Assembly: GCA_965227515.1 (NCBI GenBank)
Contig: CBDDFZ010000001.1
Coordinates: 704,001-768,000 of the forward strand
Reading direction: 5' to 3'
Source of the DNA: Alphaproteobacteria bacterium
GTDB taxonomy: Bacteria; Pseudomonadota; Alphaproteobacteria; CALKHQ01
DNA: 64,000 nt
The translations under genes and the position numbers were made by a program. Positions within the stretch are counted from its first letter, which is position 1; the number at the start of each line of letters is the position of its first letter. The notes beneath the pieces were generated by a model that had not been told where the DNA came from, made no database searches, and saw nothing but the letters and a program-made list of their open reading frames with translations. Below, in pieces: positions 51,213 to 60,765 of this stretch.

Positions 51213-53177
51213 TCAGCCCGGAGATGAGGGCGGACGCTGTCGCCCGCCGCGCCGGCGGCGGCGTGACGTCCCTACGGGCGCGATTGACCCCCGCGCGACA
51301 TCCGGTCGTTCCGCTGCCGCACAGGGTCTGTCTTCTGCGGTGGCGTCCGATGTCCCGTTGGCGGCGCCATTGGTCCGCACCACACGCTCCTGCGGCCAGA
51401 CGATCGTGGCGGTCGTGCCTTCGCCAACCTTGCTCTCGATCTCCAGCCGCGCGCCGTGCGTCTTCAGGATCTTGGTGACGATGGACAGGCCCAGCCCGGA
51501 CCCTGGCTGGTCGCGCACGTACGGGTCCTCGCCGCGCTTGAAGGGCTGCATGACGGCGGCGATCTGGCCCTTCGGAATGCCGACGCCATTGTCGGCAACG
51601 CTGATACGGATCGTGCCGGCCGGTTCCAGCACCGTGGAGACGGTCACCCGGCCGTGGGGCGGCTTGGTGAACTTGGTCGCATTGGTCAACAGGTTGATCA
51701 GGACCTGTGTGAAGTGGCGCGCGTCGCCGCGCAGGGTGACCGGCTGCGGTGCATCGGCGGCTTCCAGGCGGATGCCCTTGGCCGAGGCCTGCACGCGGAG
51801 CAGACCAACGGCACGTTCGATGGAGTCCGCCAGCGAGAACGTCGTCTCGTGATGCTCGCTCGATCCGGTTTCGATGAACGACACGTCGGTCAGGTCGTTG
51901 ATCAGCGCGGTCAGGTGCTTGGCGCTGGTGTTGATGTGGGCGATGTATTCGCGCCGTTTCTCCTCGGGCAGCACGCCGAATGTGTCGCGGTCCAGGATTT
52001 CGGAGAAGCCGACGATGGCGTTCAGCGGCGTGCGCAGTTCGTGGCTCATATTGGCCAGGAACTCGGTCTTCATGGTGTTGTCGTGCTCGGCGCGGCGTTG
52101 CGCCTGCACCACCTTGTCCGCCGCCTCGCCGATGCGCGCGAGCATGTCGTTGATCGAGGTCGCCAGCGCGCGCATTTCCCGTGGCGCATACCAGGAAAGC
52201 GGTGGCAGGCGCACGGCCGGTTGCGCACTGTCGATGGACTGGGTCAGCGCTAGCACCTGGCGGATCGGCTTGGCCAGCAACCCGGACAGGACCCAGGCAA
52301 CCGCCAGCGCGACCGCGATGCCAAGCGCCAGCACGCCCAGGCCGGACTGCCTGATGCCGCCGATCTCCGCCTCCAGCTCGGCGACCGGCTGCGGCACCAT
52401 CACGCCCCAGCCGCTGAGCGGCGCGCGCGTATAGCCGGCGATCATGTCGGCCTCGAACGCGGGCGAGTAGAAGGTCATCACGCCGGTCTCGCCGCTGATG
52501 ATGTTATCCACGATCGGCAGGGCGGACAGATTGCGCCGTTCCGCCACCCAGGTCGGGTTCGGGTGGGCCAGCAAGTTGCCTGCGCTGTCGACGATGGCGG
52601 CGTGCCCATTCACGCCGAATGCGATCTGGCGCGCCAGTTGTTCGAAGAACGCGGTATCCAGCGCGCCGACGGTCAACAGGCCCTGGGACTGCTCGGCGAT
52701 GTAGACCACCGGTTGGCCGTCGGGCCCCGCCGTCACGCCACTGAAGGCGACCGTCCCGCCCGCCGCCAGGTCGCGCAGCATGGCCAACCGCTCCGGCGGC
52801 ACGGTTTCCGGACAGGTCAGGTCGTTGTTGATGTAGCCGGCCAGCACGGTGCCGGTGTCCTGTTCCGCCAGGCAGACGTGGCGGAAGTGCATGTTGGAGA
52901 GCAGCGGTTCCAGCGCCAGCGGCGTCCGTCCCGCCACGATGTTCTCGCGCAGCAGCTCGAACACCGCCATTACGTCGGTGTAGTACCGGTCCAGCGCGAC
53001 GCCCAAATTGCGCGCCATCAACAGATGGGCGCGCGCGGTATGTTCAAGGTCCTCGTCGATGGCGCGGGAGAACGGCCAAAACCAAAAAACGACCAAGGGA
53101 ATGATCGTTACCAGCGTCAGTGCAGCAAAGATGATCCGCCTGACGCTGAAGAGCCTGTGGGGGACAAGCGATTTCAA
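51213..53177 (-). CDS. Sensor histidine kinase (Cache-HAMP-HisKA-HATPase)
   Basis: FLANMSHELRTPLNAI H-box, NLLTNATKF, DNGVG and GSGLGL; two TM helices. Confidence 0.9.
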   Translation of the reverse strand: MKSLVPHRLFSVRRIIFAALTLVTIIPLVVFWFWPFSRAIDEDLEHTARAHLLMARNLGVALDRYYTDVMAVFELLRENIVAGRTPLALEPLLSNMHFRHVCLAEQDTGTVLAGYINNDLTCPETVPPERLAMLRDLAAGGTVAFSGVTAGPDGQPVVYIAEQSQGLLTVGALDTAFFEQLARQIAFGVNGHAAIVDSAGNLLAHPNPTWVAERRNLSALPIVDNIISGETGVMTFYSPAFEADMIAGYTRAPLSGWGVMVPQPVAELEAEIGGIRQSGLGVLALGIAVALAVAWVLSGLLAKPIRQVLALTQSIDSAQPAVRLPPLSWYAPREMRALATSINDMLARIGEAADKVVQAQRRAEHDNTMKTEFLANMSHELRTPLNAIVGFSEILDRDTFGVLPEEKRREYIAHINTSAKHLTALINDLTDVSFIETGSSEHHETTFSLADSIERAVGLLRVQASAKGIRLEAADAPQPVTLRGDARHFTQVLINLLTNATKFTKPPHGRVTVSTVLEPAGTIRISVADNGVGIPKGQIAAVMQPFKRGEDPYVRDQPGSGLGLSIVTKILKTHGARLEIESKVGEGTTATIVWPQERVVRTNGAANGTSDATAEDRPCAAAERPDVARGSIAPVGTSRRRRRGGRQRPPSSPG

Positions 53178-53315
53178 CCAATTGGCCCATGGTCGGTCTA
53201 TCGTCGAAACTAATGATGGACCGGCCCGGAACCAGGCGCAACCAACTTCACGGTGTTTGCAGAATCAGGCCTGAGCCGCGTTTGGATATTTGCCGGCTGG
53301 GGCCCTCAGGTTCCC

Positions 53316-53440
53316 AGAGCATGATCATTTAAGTCGGCACCGGCCCTCTCCCCCACCCGGCCGCCCAGACATCATACTGGAGTTGGGCGGCCGGGTGGGG
53401 GAGAGGGCTGGCGCAGACTCAGCGTAAGCTGATCCCGATC
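53316..53440. repeat. Palindromic repeat family A, copy 3
   Basis: AGAGCATGATCATTTAAGTCGGCACCGGCCCTCTCCCCCACCCGGCC...CAGCGTAAGCTGATCCCG. Confidence 0.9.
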
Positions 53441-53443
53441 AAG

Positions 53444-54388
53444 TCAGCCTCCCAGTTGCCGCTCCAGCGCGTCGAGGGTGCGGTAGCACGGCATCACCTT
53501 GTGGACGCTGGCATTCGGCTCGCGGCCCTCGGCGATGGCGGCGAAGAATTCGCGGTCCTGCAGCTCGATGCCATTCATCGACACGTCGATGCCGCTGAGG
53601 TCGATTTCCTGCTCGCGGCCGTCCACCAGGTCGTCGTAGCGCGCGATGTAAGTGCCGTTGTCGCAGATGTAGCGGAAGAAGGTGCCGAGCGGCCCGTCAT
53701 TGTTGAACGACAACGACAGGGTGCAGATCTTGCCACCGGTTGTCTTGAGCTGGATCGACATATCCATGGCGATGCCGAGCTCCGGGTGCAGCGGGCCCTG
53801 CACCGCGTTGGCGGTCTCCAGCTCCTCGCCGGTCTGGTAGAGGAACAGGTCGACGGTGTGGGCGGCGTGGTGCCACAGCAGGTGGTCCGTCCACGAGCGG
53901 GGCTCGCCCTTGGCGTTGATGTTCTTGCGGCGGAAGAAGTAGGTCTGCACATCCATCTGCTGGATGGCGAGTTCGCCGGCATCGATGCGGCGGCGGACCC
54001 ATTGGTGCGACGGGTTGAACCGGCGGGTGTGGCCGACCATGCAGACCAGGCCGGTCTCTTTCTGCTTGGCGGCGACCGCCTCGGCGTCGGCCAGGCTGTC
54101 GGCGAGCGGGATTTCCACCTGCACATGCTTGCCGGCGTCCATGCAGGCAATGGCTTGCGCTGCATGCATCTGGGTCGGCGTGGCCAGGATCGCGGCGTCG
54201 ACACCCTCCATCGCCAGCGCCTCGTCCAGCTCGGTGGTGGCGAGCGGAATGCCGTGCTCGGCGGCGACCCGTTCCGTCGGCTCCTGGCGGCGGCCGACCA
54301 GGGCCGCGACCTCGATGCCGCCGATGTTCTTGATGCCGTCGAGGTGCTTGAGGCCGAAGGCGCCGCCGCCGGCGAGGATGACTCTCAT
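53444..54388 (-). CDS. ligC: 4-carboxy-2-hydroxymuconate semialdehyde dehydrogenase
   Basis: TPTQMHA, GHTRRFNPSHQ, RSWTDHLLWHHAAH and MNGIELQDREF match recalled LigC/PmdC. Confidence 0.88.
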   Translation of the reverse strand: MRVILAGGGAFGLKHLDGIKNIGGIEVAALVGRRQEPTERVAAEHGIPLATTELDEALAMEGVDAAILATPTQMHAAQAIACMDAGKHVQVEIPLADSLADAEAVAAKQKETGLVCMVGHTRRFNPSHQWVRRRIDAGELAIQQMDVQTYFFRRKNINAKGEPRSWTDHLLWHHAAHTVDLFLYQTGEELETANAVQGPLHPELGIAMDMSIQLKTTGGKICTLSLSFNNDGPLGTFFRYICDNGTYIARYDDLVDGREQEIDLSGIDVSMNGIELQDREFFAAIAEGREPNASVHKVMPCYRTLDALERQLGG

Positions 54389-54392
54389 TCAA

Positions 54393-55286
54393 CTAACTCC
54401 AATAAAGGCGAGTGGTATTGTCGACCAGCAGCCGCTGCTGCAGGTCTGGCGTGGTCGCGATCCGGGGGATGAAGTCGACCAGCTTGCCGTCGTCCGGCGT
54501 GTGGCTCTTCATGTTCGGGTGCGGCCAGTCGGTGCCCCACAGCACGCGGTCGGGAAATTCCTCCACGATCGTGCGCGCGAACGGCACCACGTCGTCGTAG
54601 TCGACCGGTCCGGAGGCCGACAGGCGTTCCGGGCACGAGACCTTGGACCAGAAGTTCTCGTGCTCGCGCATCAGCTTGCGGAACAGCGCGAACTCGGCGC
54701 CGTCGACCGGCTTGGTCACGTCGGGGCGGCCCATGTGGTCGACCACCACCGTGGTCGGCAGGGCGGCAAAGAAGTCGTAGAGCTCGGGCAGCTCGGCCGC
54801 CTCGAAATAGATCACGATGTGCCAGCCCAGCGGGCGGATGCGCTCGGCGATCTCCATCAGGCTGTCGGTGGGCAGCGCGTCGACCAGCCGCTTGACGAAG
54901 TTGAAGCGCACGCCGCGCACGCCGGCGGCATTGAGCTGCGCCAGCTCCAGGTCGCGCACCTCGCGCTTCACGGTGGCAACGCCGCGCGCCCGGCCGTCGC
55001 TGTGCTCCAGCGCATCGACCAGGGCGCTGTTGTCGGCGCCATGGCAAGTCGCCTGCACGATGACGTTGCGCTCGAACCCCAGGAAGTCGCGCAGCGCCCA
55101 GAGCTGGTCCTTGGAGGCGTCGCAGGGGGTGTACTTGCGCTCCGGCGCGAACGGGAACTGGTCGCCGGGCCCGAACACGTGGCAGTGCGCGTCCACCGCG
55201 CCCGGCGGCGGCACGAACGCGGGCTTGGTCGGGCTGGGGTGCCAGACCCGCCAGTCCGGCGGGTCCATCTGGAAGGTGCGGCCCAT
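54393..55286 (-). CDS. ligI: 2-pyrone-4,6-dicarboxylate lactonase
   Basis: DAHCHVFGP, VQATCHG, RFNFVKRL and WGTDWPHPN. Confidence 0.9.
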   Translation of the reverse strand: MGRTFQMDPPDWRVWHPSPTKPAFVPPPGAVDAHCHVFGPGDQFPFAPERKYTPCDASKDQLWALRDFLGFERNVIVQATCHGADNSALVDALEHSDGRARGVATVKREVRDLELAQLNAAGVRGVRFNFVKRLVDALPTDSLMEIAERIRPLGWHIVIYFEAAELPELYDFFAALPTTVVVDHMGRPDVTKPVDGAEFALFRKLMREHENFWSKVSCPERLSASGPVDYDDVVPFARTIVEEFPDRVLWGTDWPHPNMKSHTPDDGKLVDFIPRIATTPDLQQRLLVDNTTRLYWS

Positions 55287-55309
55287 GGGTTAGGTTCCTG
55301 CCACTGTGG

Positions 55310-55439
55310 CGTCATTGCGAGGAGCACCGCCCGCTTGAGGGCGGTGCGACGCGGCAATCCAGAGCGACGTCTCAACCGCCTGGGCAATCGCCTGGATTGC
55401 TTCGTCGCCCACGCCAGGCTTGGGCTTCTCGCAATGACG
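55310..55439. repeat. CGTC-tagged repeat family D, copy 2
   Basis: CGTCATTGCGAGGAGC...GCGACGCGGCAATCCAG...CTGGATTGCTTCG...CTCGCAATGACG. Confidence 0.85.
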
Positions 55440-55469
55440 GTATTGTGCGGGCGGGTGCATCAACCGCTC

Positions 55470-56495
55470 CTACAGCCCCCGCGCCTTCAAGGCGGCGTCC
55501 AGGCGCGGATAGACCCGGCGGGCATTGCCCTCGAACACCTTGTGGCGGTCGGTCTCGGAGAGGTCGAGCGCGTCGATGTAGCGTTTCGTGTCGTCGAAGT
55601 TGAACCCGGTCTCCGGGTCGATGCCGGTGACCGCGCCCACCATCTCCGACCCGAACAGGATGTTGTCGACGTCGATCACCTCGAACAGCAGGTCTATGCC
55701 CGGCTGGTGATAGACGCAGGTGTCGAAATAGACGTTCTTCATCACGTGGGTGGCCAGCGGCGGCTGCTTCAGCATGTCGGCGAGGCCGCGGTAGCGCCCC
55801 CAGTGATAGGGCACGGCGCCGCCGCCATGGGGGATGACCAGCCGCAGATCGGGGAAGTCCTTGAACAGGTCGCCCTGGATGAACTGCATGAAGGCGTTGG
55901 TGTCGGCGGCGATGTAGTACGAGCCGGTGGCGTGGAACGCCGGGTTGCACGAGTTGGAGACGTGGATCATCGCCGGCACGTTCAGCTCCACCATCTTCTC
56001 GAAGATTGGATACCAGTAGCGGTCGGTCAGCGGCGGCGATGTCCAGTGGCCGCCCGACGGGTCAGGGTTCAAATTGCAGCCGACGAAACCGAGTTCGTTG
56101 ACGCAGCGCTCCAGCTCGGCAATCGAGTTGACCAGGTCGCCGCCCGGCGTCTGCGGCAACTGGCACACACCGATGAAGGTCTCCGGATAGAGCTGGGTGA
56201 CCCGCCAGATCAGGTCGTTGCAGGCGCGCGACCAGGCGAGCGAGGTCGCGGCATCGCCGACGTTCTGCTCCATCCGCGAGGCACGCGGCGAGAATATGGT
56301 GAGGTCGGCGCCGCGCTCGCGGATCAGCCGGAGCTGGTTGGTCTCGATCAGCTCGGCGATCTCGTCGTCGGAGATGTCGGGCCGGGTCGGCTCCGGCAGC
56401 GACGGGTCCGCGATGCGCGCCTTCTGCGCGTCGCGGTAGTCGATGTGCGCTTGCGGCACCTTGGTGTGATGGCCGTGGCAGTCGATGATCATCAT
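55470..56495 (-). CDS. ligJ: 4-oxalomesaconate hydratase
   Basis: MIIDCHGH, FSPRAS, NLNPDPSGG, PHGGGAVPYHWGR and SEMVGAV. Confidence 0.9.
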   Translation of the reverse strand: MMIIDCHGHHTKVPQAHIDYRDAQKARIADPSLPEPTRPDISDDEIAELIETNQLRLIRERGADLTIFSPRASRMEQNVGDAATSLAWSRACNDLIWRVTQLYPETFIGVCQLPQTPGGDLVNSIAELERCVNELGFVGCNLNPDPSGGHWTSPPLTDRYWYPIFEKMVELNVPAMIHVSNSCNPAFHATGSYYIAADTNAFMQFIQGDLFKDFPDLRLVIPHGGGAVPYHWGRYRGLADMLKQPPLATHVMKNVYFDTCVYHQPGIDLLFEVIDVDNILFGSEMVGAVTGIDPETGFNFDDTKRYIDALDLSETDRHKVFEGNARRVYPRLDAALKARGL

Positions 56496-57388
56496 GGCCG
56501 CCCAATACCCCCCGGCTCGATTGATTCTAGCAGCGCGTCCAGCATCGCATCCAAGCCGCCCGCTTCCAAGGCCTGGCGGCGTTCGGCGGACCAGTCCTGG
56601 CGCGCGGCACAGGCGCTGCTCATGGCCGGGTCGAGCCCTGCGCCGGCCACCGTGACCGCGACCTCGCGCATCTCCTCGGCCCGTCGGCGCCCGTGCTGCA
56701 GCGAGCGCGAGATCATGTATTCGGCGATCTTCGGCCAATCCATGCCCGGGAACAGGTCGTCCAACGAGGCCAGCACCGTGCCGTCGACGCCATAGTGGCG
56801 GGCCGCGATCAGGCTTTCCGACAGCAGGCTCTCGATGCCCTTGATCACCACGCTGCGGCACATCTTGGCGGCCGATGCCTGACCGAGGGTGTCGGAGAAC
56901 ACCGACATGCCGGCGAAGCCCAAGGCCTGCGCGATGGGCAGGAATTCAGCCGCATGCGGCCCGCCGAGCAGGATGGAGGTGGCGATCCGCTTCGGCCCGA
57001 TGGGCGACATGGCGACCGCCTCGACATAGCGCCCACCCGTGGCCTTGATATGGCCTGCGGCCCCAATCTTGGTCGCCGGGGCGGCGGAGTTGATGTCGAC
57101 GAACCAGGTACCGGGCGCAAGGCCTGGCGCGGCGGCCTGGGCCGCGTGGACGGTGTTGGCGGCGGTGACGGCGCAAATGACCAGATCGGCTTCCGCAACC
57201 GCGTGCGCGGCGGTGGTGCCGGCGCGAACCGGTGTGCCGGCCAGTGCGCGCGACGGTATGCTGGCCGGGTCGTCAAACAGCACGTCCCAGGCGGTCAGCG
57301 AGAGGCCGCCACGCGCGGCAAGGTCGGCGGCAAGTATCTGGCCGACCTCGCCGAAGCCGACCAGCGCAACATGCGAGATTGCGCTCAC
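56492..57388 (-). CDS. NAD(P)-dependent oxidoreductase (beta-hydroxyacid dehydrogenase-like, DUF1932)
   Basis: GFGEVG Rossmann motif; ASAAKMCRSVVIKG; HGRRRAEEMRE. Confidence 0.8.
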   Translation of the reverse strand: MSAISHVALVGFGEVGQILAADLAARGGLSLTAWDVLFDDPASIPSRALAGTPVRAGTTAAHAVAEADLVICAVTAANTVHAAQAAAPGLAPGTWFVDINSAAPATKIGAAGHIKATGGRYVEAVAMSPIGPKRIATSILLGGPHAAEFLPIAQALGFAGMSVFSDTLGQASAAKMCRSVVIKGIESLLSESLIAARHYGVDGTVLASLDDLFPGMDWPKIAEYMISRSLQHGRRRAEEMREVAVTVAGAGLDPAMSSACAARQDWSAERRQALEAGGLDAMLDALLESIEPGGIGRP

Positions 57389-58497
57389 CGCCCCGGCCAC
57401 ACCGACGCGGGCACGTACACCTCGCCCGACATCAGCTTACGAGCGGTACGCAGCAGGGCGGCACGGCGCACCACGATATCGGCACCGGCGCCCTCGACCT
57501 CCATGTCGACGGTGAAGAACCCGGTCGGGTGCTCCACTTCCAGCCGGGCCGCGCCGTCCGTCGCCGGCGGCACCCGTGCGATGTCCGATCCGACCGCGCC
57601 GTCGATCATGCAGCCGGTGGCGACACTCACCGCCGCCAGCACGCCGATCGCCTCGTGCACCCGGTGCGGAATGAAGCTGCGTGTGGAGATCGCGCCTGTG
57701 CCGGCTGGTGGCGACAGCAGCGTCATCTTCGGTACCGTCTTCGCGGCCACGTCGCCCAGGTTCATGCGTGGGCCGATTTCCAGCCTTATCCGCTCGACCC
57801 GTTCCTTCAGGCTGGCGTTGGCCTCCAGGTCGGCCGGCGCTTCGCTTCCATCGAGGCCGAAATCGGCGGCGCGCATCAGCACCACCGGCATGCCGTTGTC
57901 GATGGCCGTGACCTGGATGCCGTCGACGGTGTCGGCGACGTTGCCTGTTGGCAGCAGCGCGCCGCAGGTCGACCCGGCAACATCCAGAAAGTCGATGGGG
58001 ATCGCGGCGGCGGTGCCGGGCACGCCGTCGATGCGGGCGTCACCCTCGTATTCGGGCATGCCGGCCGGCGTCGACACGTGGGCGACGGCCAGGCTCTCGG
58101 AATTCACCATGAAGATGCGCACGTCGGTGGTCGTGCCGCTGGCTTTCACCAGCCCATGCTCGATGGCCCAGTGGCCGATGCCGGCCAGGATATTGCCGCA
58201 GTTCTGGCTGTCGGAGACCTCGGCCTTGTCGACCACCACCTGCAGGAACAGGTAGTCGACGTCGGCGTCGTCGCGGGTCGACGGGCTGACCACCGCGATC
58301 TTGCTGGTCAGCGGGTGGGCGCCGCCGACGCCGTCGATCTGGCGCACATCGGGCGAGCCCATGGCGGCGAGCAGCACCCGGTCGCGCGTCGCGGGGTCGT
58401 CCGGCAGGTCCGCTTTGGCGAAGTAGAGGCCCTTGGAGGTGCCCCCGCGCATCAGCGTGGTCGGGATCGCGGTCAGCATGATCGCGCTATCCGCCAC
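57385..58497 (-). CDS. ligU: 4-oxalomesaconate tautomerase (PrpF family)
   Basis: MRGGTSKG, QIDGVGG.HPLTSK, QNCGN, EHPTG and LRTARKL. Confidence 0.88.
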   Translation of the reverse strand: MADSAIMLTAIPTTLMRGGTSKGLYFAKADLPDDPATRDRVLLAAMGSPDVRQIDGVGGAHPLTSKIAVVSPSTRDDADVDYLFLQVVVDKAEVSDSQNCGNILAGIGHWAIEHGLVKASGTTTDVRIFMVNSESLAVAHVSTPAGMPEYEGDARIDGVPGTAAAIPIDFLDVAGSTCGALLPTGNVADTVDGIQVTAIDNGMPVVLMRAADFGLDGSEAPADLEANASLKERVERIRLEIGPRMNLGDVAAKTVPKMTLLSPPAGTGAISTRSFIPHRVHEAIGVLAAVSVATGCMIDGAVGSDIARVPPATDGAARLEVEHPTGFFTVDMEVEGAGADIVVRRAALLRTARKLMSGEVYVPASVWPGR

Positions 58498-58507
58498 CCA
58501 ACACAGT

Positions 58508-58597
58508 CGTCATGCCCGCACGTGTTGCGGGCATCCACGTCTTTGATCGACCGATGCAAGAAAGACGTGGATGCGCGGATCAAGTCCGCGCATGACG
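58508..58597. repeat. CGTC-tagged palindromic repeat family C, copy 2
   Basis: CGTCATGCCCGCACGTGTTGCGGGCATCCACGTC...GACGTGGATGCGCGGATCAAGTCCGCGCATGACG; 90 bp, same length as copy 1. Confidence 0.85.
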
Positions 58598-58623
58598 CTG
58601 AACGGTAAGGTGTGGCCACTATT

Positions 58624-59319
58624 CTAGTCCCCATCTCCCTGGTCGACGTACTTCAGGCCCCGTTCCGCAAGCCGTTCGCGCATGTTGTAGATGTCGAGCC
58701 CCAGTTCTCCGGCCGAGAGGCGCGCGCGCTTGTCGGCCTCGTTGGCCTCGCGTGCACGCGATTTCTCCAGCACCTCGGCGGCGCGGACGCGCGGCACGAT
58801 CACGACGCCATCGTCGTCGGCCACCACCAGGTCGCCGGGGTTGACGGCGGCACCGGCGCACACGATGGGCACGTTCACGTCGCCCAGCGTCTCCTTCACC
58901 GTGCCTTGCGCCGACACGCACTTCGACCAGACCGGAAAGCCCATCTCGGTCAGGTCCCGCACGTCGCGCACACCGGCGTCGATGACCAGCCCCTTCACGC
59001 CGCGCGCCTGCAGCGAGTGAGCCAGCAGATCGCCGAAATAGCCGGCATCGGAATAGGAGGTGGGCGCCAGCACGATCACGTCGCCCGGCTGGCACTGCTC
59101 GATGGCGACGTGCAGCATCCAGTTGTCGCACGGGGCGGCGGAGATGGTGATGGCGGGGCCGGCGATGTGCGCGCCGGGATAGATCGGAGTGATCGCCGGC
59201 GCCAGCAGGCCGCTGCGGCCCTGTGCCTCGTGCACGGTGGCGACGCCCAGCCGCTCGTCGGCATAGGCCGCGACGAGGCCAGCGTCGACCCGCTGGATGT
59301 TCTGCACTACGACCGGCAT
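58624..59319 (-). CDS. ligK: 4-carboxy-4-hydroxy-2-oxoadipate aldolase
   Basis: [24 protein letters not shown] and ADDDGV motifs. Confidence 0.92.
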   Translation of the reverse strand: MPVVVQNIQRVDAGLVAAYADERLGVATVHEAQGRSGLLAPAITPIYPGAHIAGPAITISAAPCDNWMLHVAIEQCQPGDVIVLAPTSYSDAGYFGDLLAHSLQARGVKGLVIDAGVRDVRDLTEMGFPVWSKCVSAQGTVKETLGDVNVPIVCAGAAVNPGDLVVADDDGVVIVPRVRAAEVLEKSRAREANEADKRARLSAGELGLDIYNMRERLAERGLKYVDQGDGD

Positions 59320-59450
59320 GTGTCCTCCCTCTCCAGTTCGCCGGCATTATGCCGTCCTCGGGGCTTCGACGGAAACGGCTTGTTCGGGCTGGCGTCGACC
59401 TGAACTCCACCGCTAAGCTCGGACCCAACACGAAAAGGGGGGATCAAGGC

Positions 59451-60749
59451 ATGATGCGCGTTTCCGCGCCTTTGGCGGCCTGTTCGATGGCGCTTGCACT
59501 GGCGCTGCCGGCATCGACGGGTGCCGTGGCCCAACCAACCGTCGCCGCGTCCGCCGCCGAGGAGGCCGCCGACCGCCAGGCATGGTGCGAAGCCGATGCT
59601 CCGGCCTGCGCGCTTCTCGACACGGCGATCGCTACCTCGTTCGAGATGGACCATGACGTCTGGGTGCGTTGGGCCGTCTTCGGCACGGCCGGGGCTCTGA
59701 TCGACATTGGCCGGCCCTGGGAGGCGCTGGACCTTCTCGACAACGAGACGGGTGAATTCGGATACGACACGGAGGCGTTGTGGCAAGGACTCGGGTTCGA
59801 GCACGCCGAGCATGAGTGGCTCGCGCTTGCGCTGCGTGCCCAGATAGCCGCCGGGCTGGATGATGGCGCGACGCGCTCCCTGGAGCGGATTCGCACGCTG
59901 GCCGATGGATCGGACAAGCCGCTCAAGACGTTCCAGCTCATCAAGTCGCTGGCCGATGCCGGCCTGGTCGACGAGGCGCGCGCGCGAGCGGCCGACGCGA
60001 TCTCTCAGTTCGACGACGGCACCCCCGACTTCGACCTGGTGCTATGCGCGGAGCTGCTGGTGCACGCCGGACTGTGGGATGAAGCGCGAACTCTCGCCCT
60101 TTTGGTCAAGGCGGCGGCCCACCGCAATCAGGCCCTGGTCGTGCTGGGCATCGCGCTGGCCGAGGACGGCCAAGTCGGCGCGGCCTGGGACCGCCTGGCA
60201 GAGATGGTTGCCGAAGAAACTGAAAACAGCGACCCGGAAACACAGTGGCGGCCAGATGAGATCCTGTCGGCGATCGCTTCGGCCTACGCCGACGCGGACC
60301 ATCTGGACTATGCCCGTGAGACCGCAGGTCGGATCGGATCGGAGGTGCAGGCGGATCTGTCGGCGGCGCTGTGCAGCATCGCCATCGCCGAAGCGCGCGC
60401 CGGTGAAATCGACCAGGCGCTACAGACTGCCGACGCCATCCCGGGTCCAAACCTACATGCGATCTGCCTGGGCCGCGTCGCCGCGCGCGTTTCGGCTGCA
60501 GGCGACCCACGCGGCGACTCGATTCTGGATCGGGCGTTGGCCCTTGCCGAAGAGCAGTCCGCATCGCTGACCGGTGAGCTGAGGGTGCGCATCTGGATTG
60601 GCGGTGCGTTCGCCGATGTCGGCCTCGGCGAGAGGGCGCGCGATCTGATGGTCGATCCCGAGCGCGTAGCCCGGGCGGGCGACCTCGACGCCAAGTTCTA
60701 TGTGCAGATGCTGCTGGAGGCGTTGCTCGCGCTCGAAGAGACTGGGTAG
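59451..60749 (+). CDS. Secreted alpha-helical (TPR-like) hypothetical protein
   Basis: Signal peptide; repeated AL..IA.A.A..G helical units; RBS-like GGGGG upstream. Confidence 0.65.
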   Translation: MMRVSAPLAACSMALALALPASTGAVAQPTVAASAAEEAADRQAWCEADAPACALLDTAIATSFEMDHDVWVRWAVFGTAGALIDIGRPWEALDLLDNETGEFGYDTEALWQGLGFEHAEHEWLALALRAQIAAGLDDGATRSLERIRTLADGSDKPLKTFQLIKSLADAGLVDEARARAADAISQFDDGTPDFDLVLCAELLVHAGLWDEARTLALLVKAAAHRNQALVVLGIALAEDGQVGAAWDRLAEMVAEETENSDPETQWRPDEILSAIASAYADADHLDYARETAGRIGSEVQADLSAALCSIAIAEARAGEIDQALQTADAIPGPNLHAICLGRVAARVSAAGDPRGDSILDRALALAEEQSASLTGELRVRIWIGGAFADVGLGERARDLMVDPERVARAGDLDAKFYVQMLLEALLALEETG

Positions 60750-60765
60750 TCGCGCGCCACAACCT

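Noticed and set aside
53964-56795. Very long antisense ORFs (943 aa here; also 33860-36307, 43228-45489, 40052-41839, 13761-15035)
   Set aside because: They mirror well-supported genes on the other strand, which is expected from GC-rich codon bias, and show no family motifs
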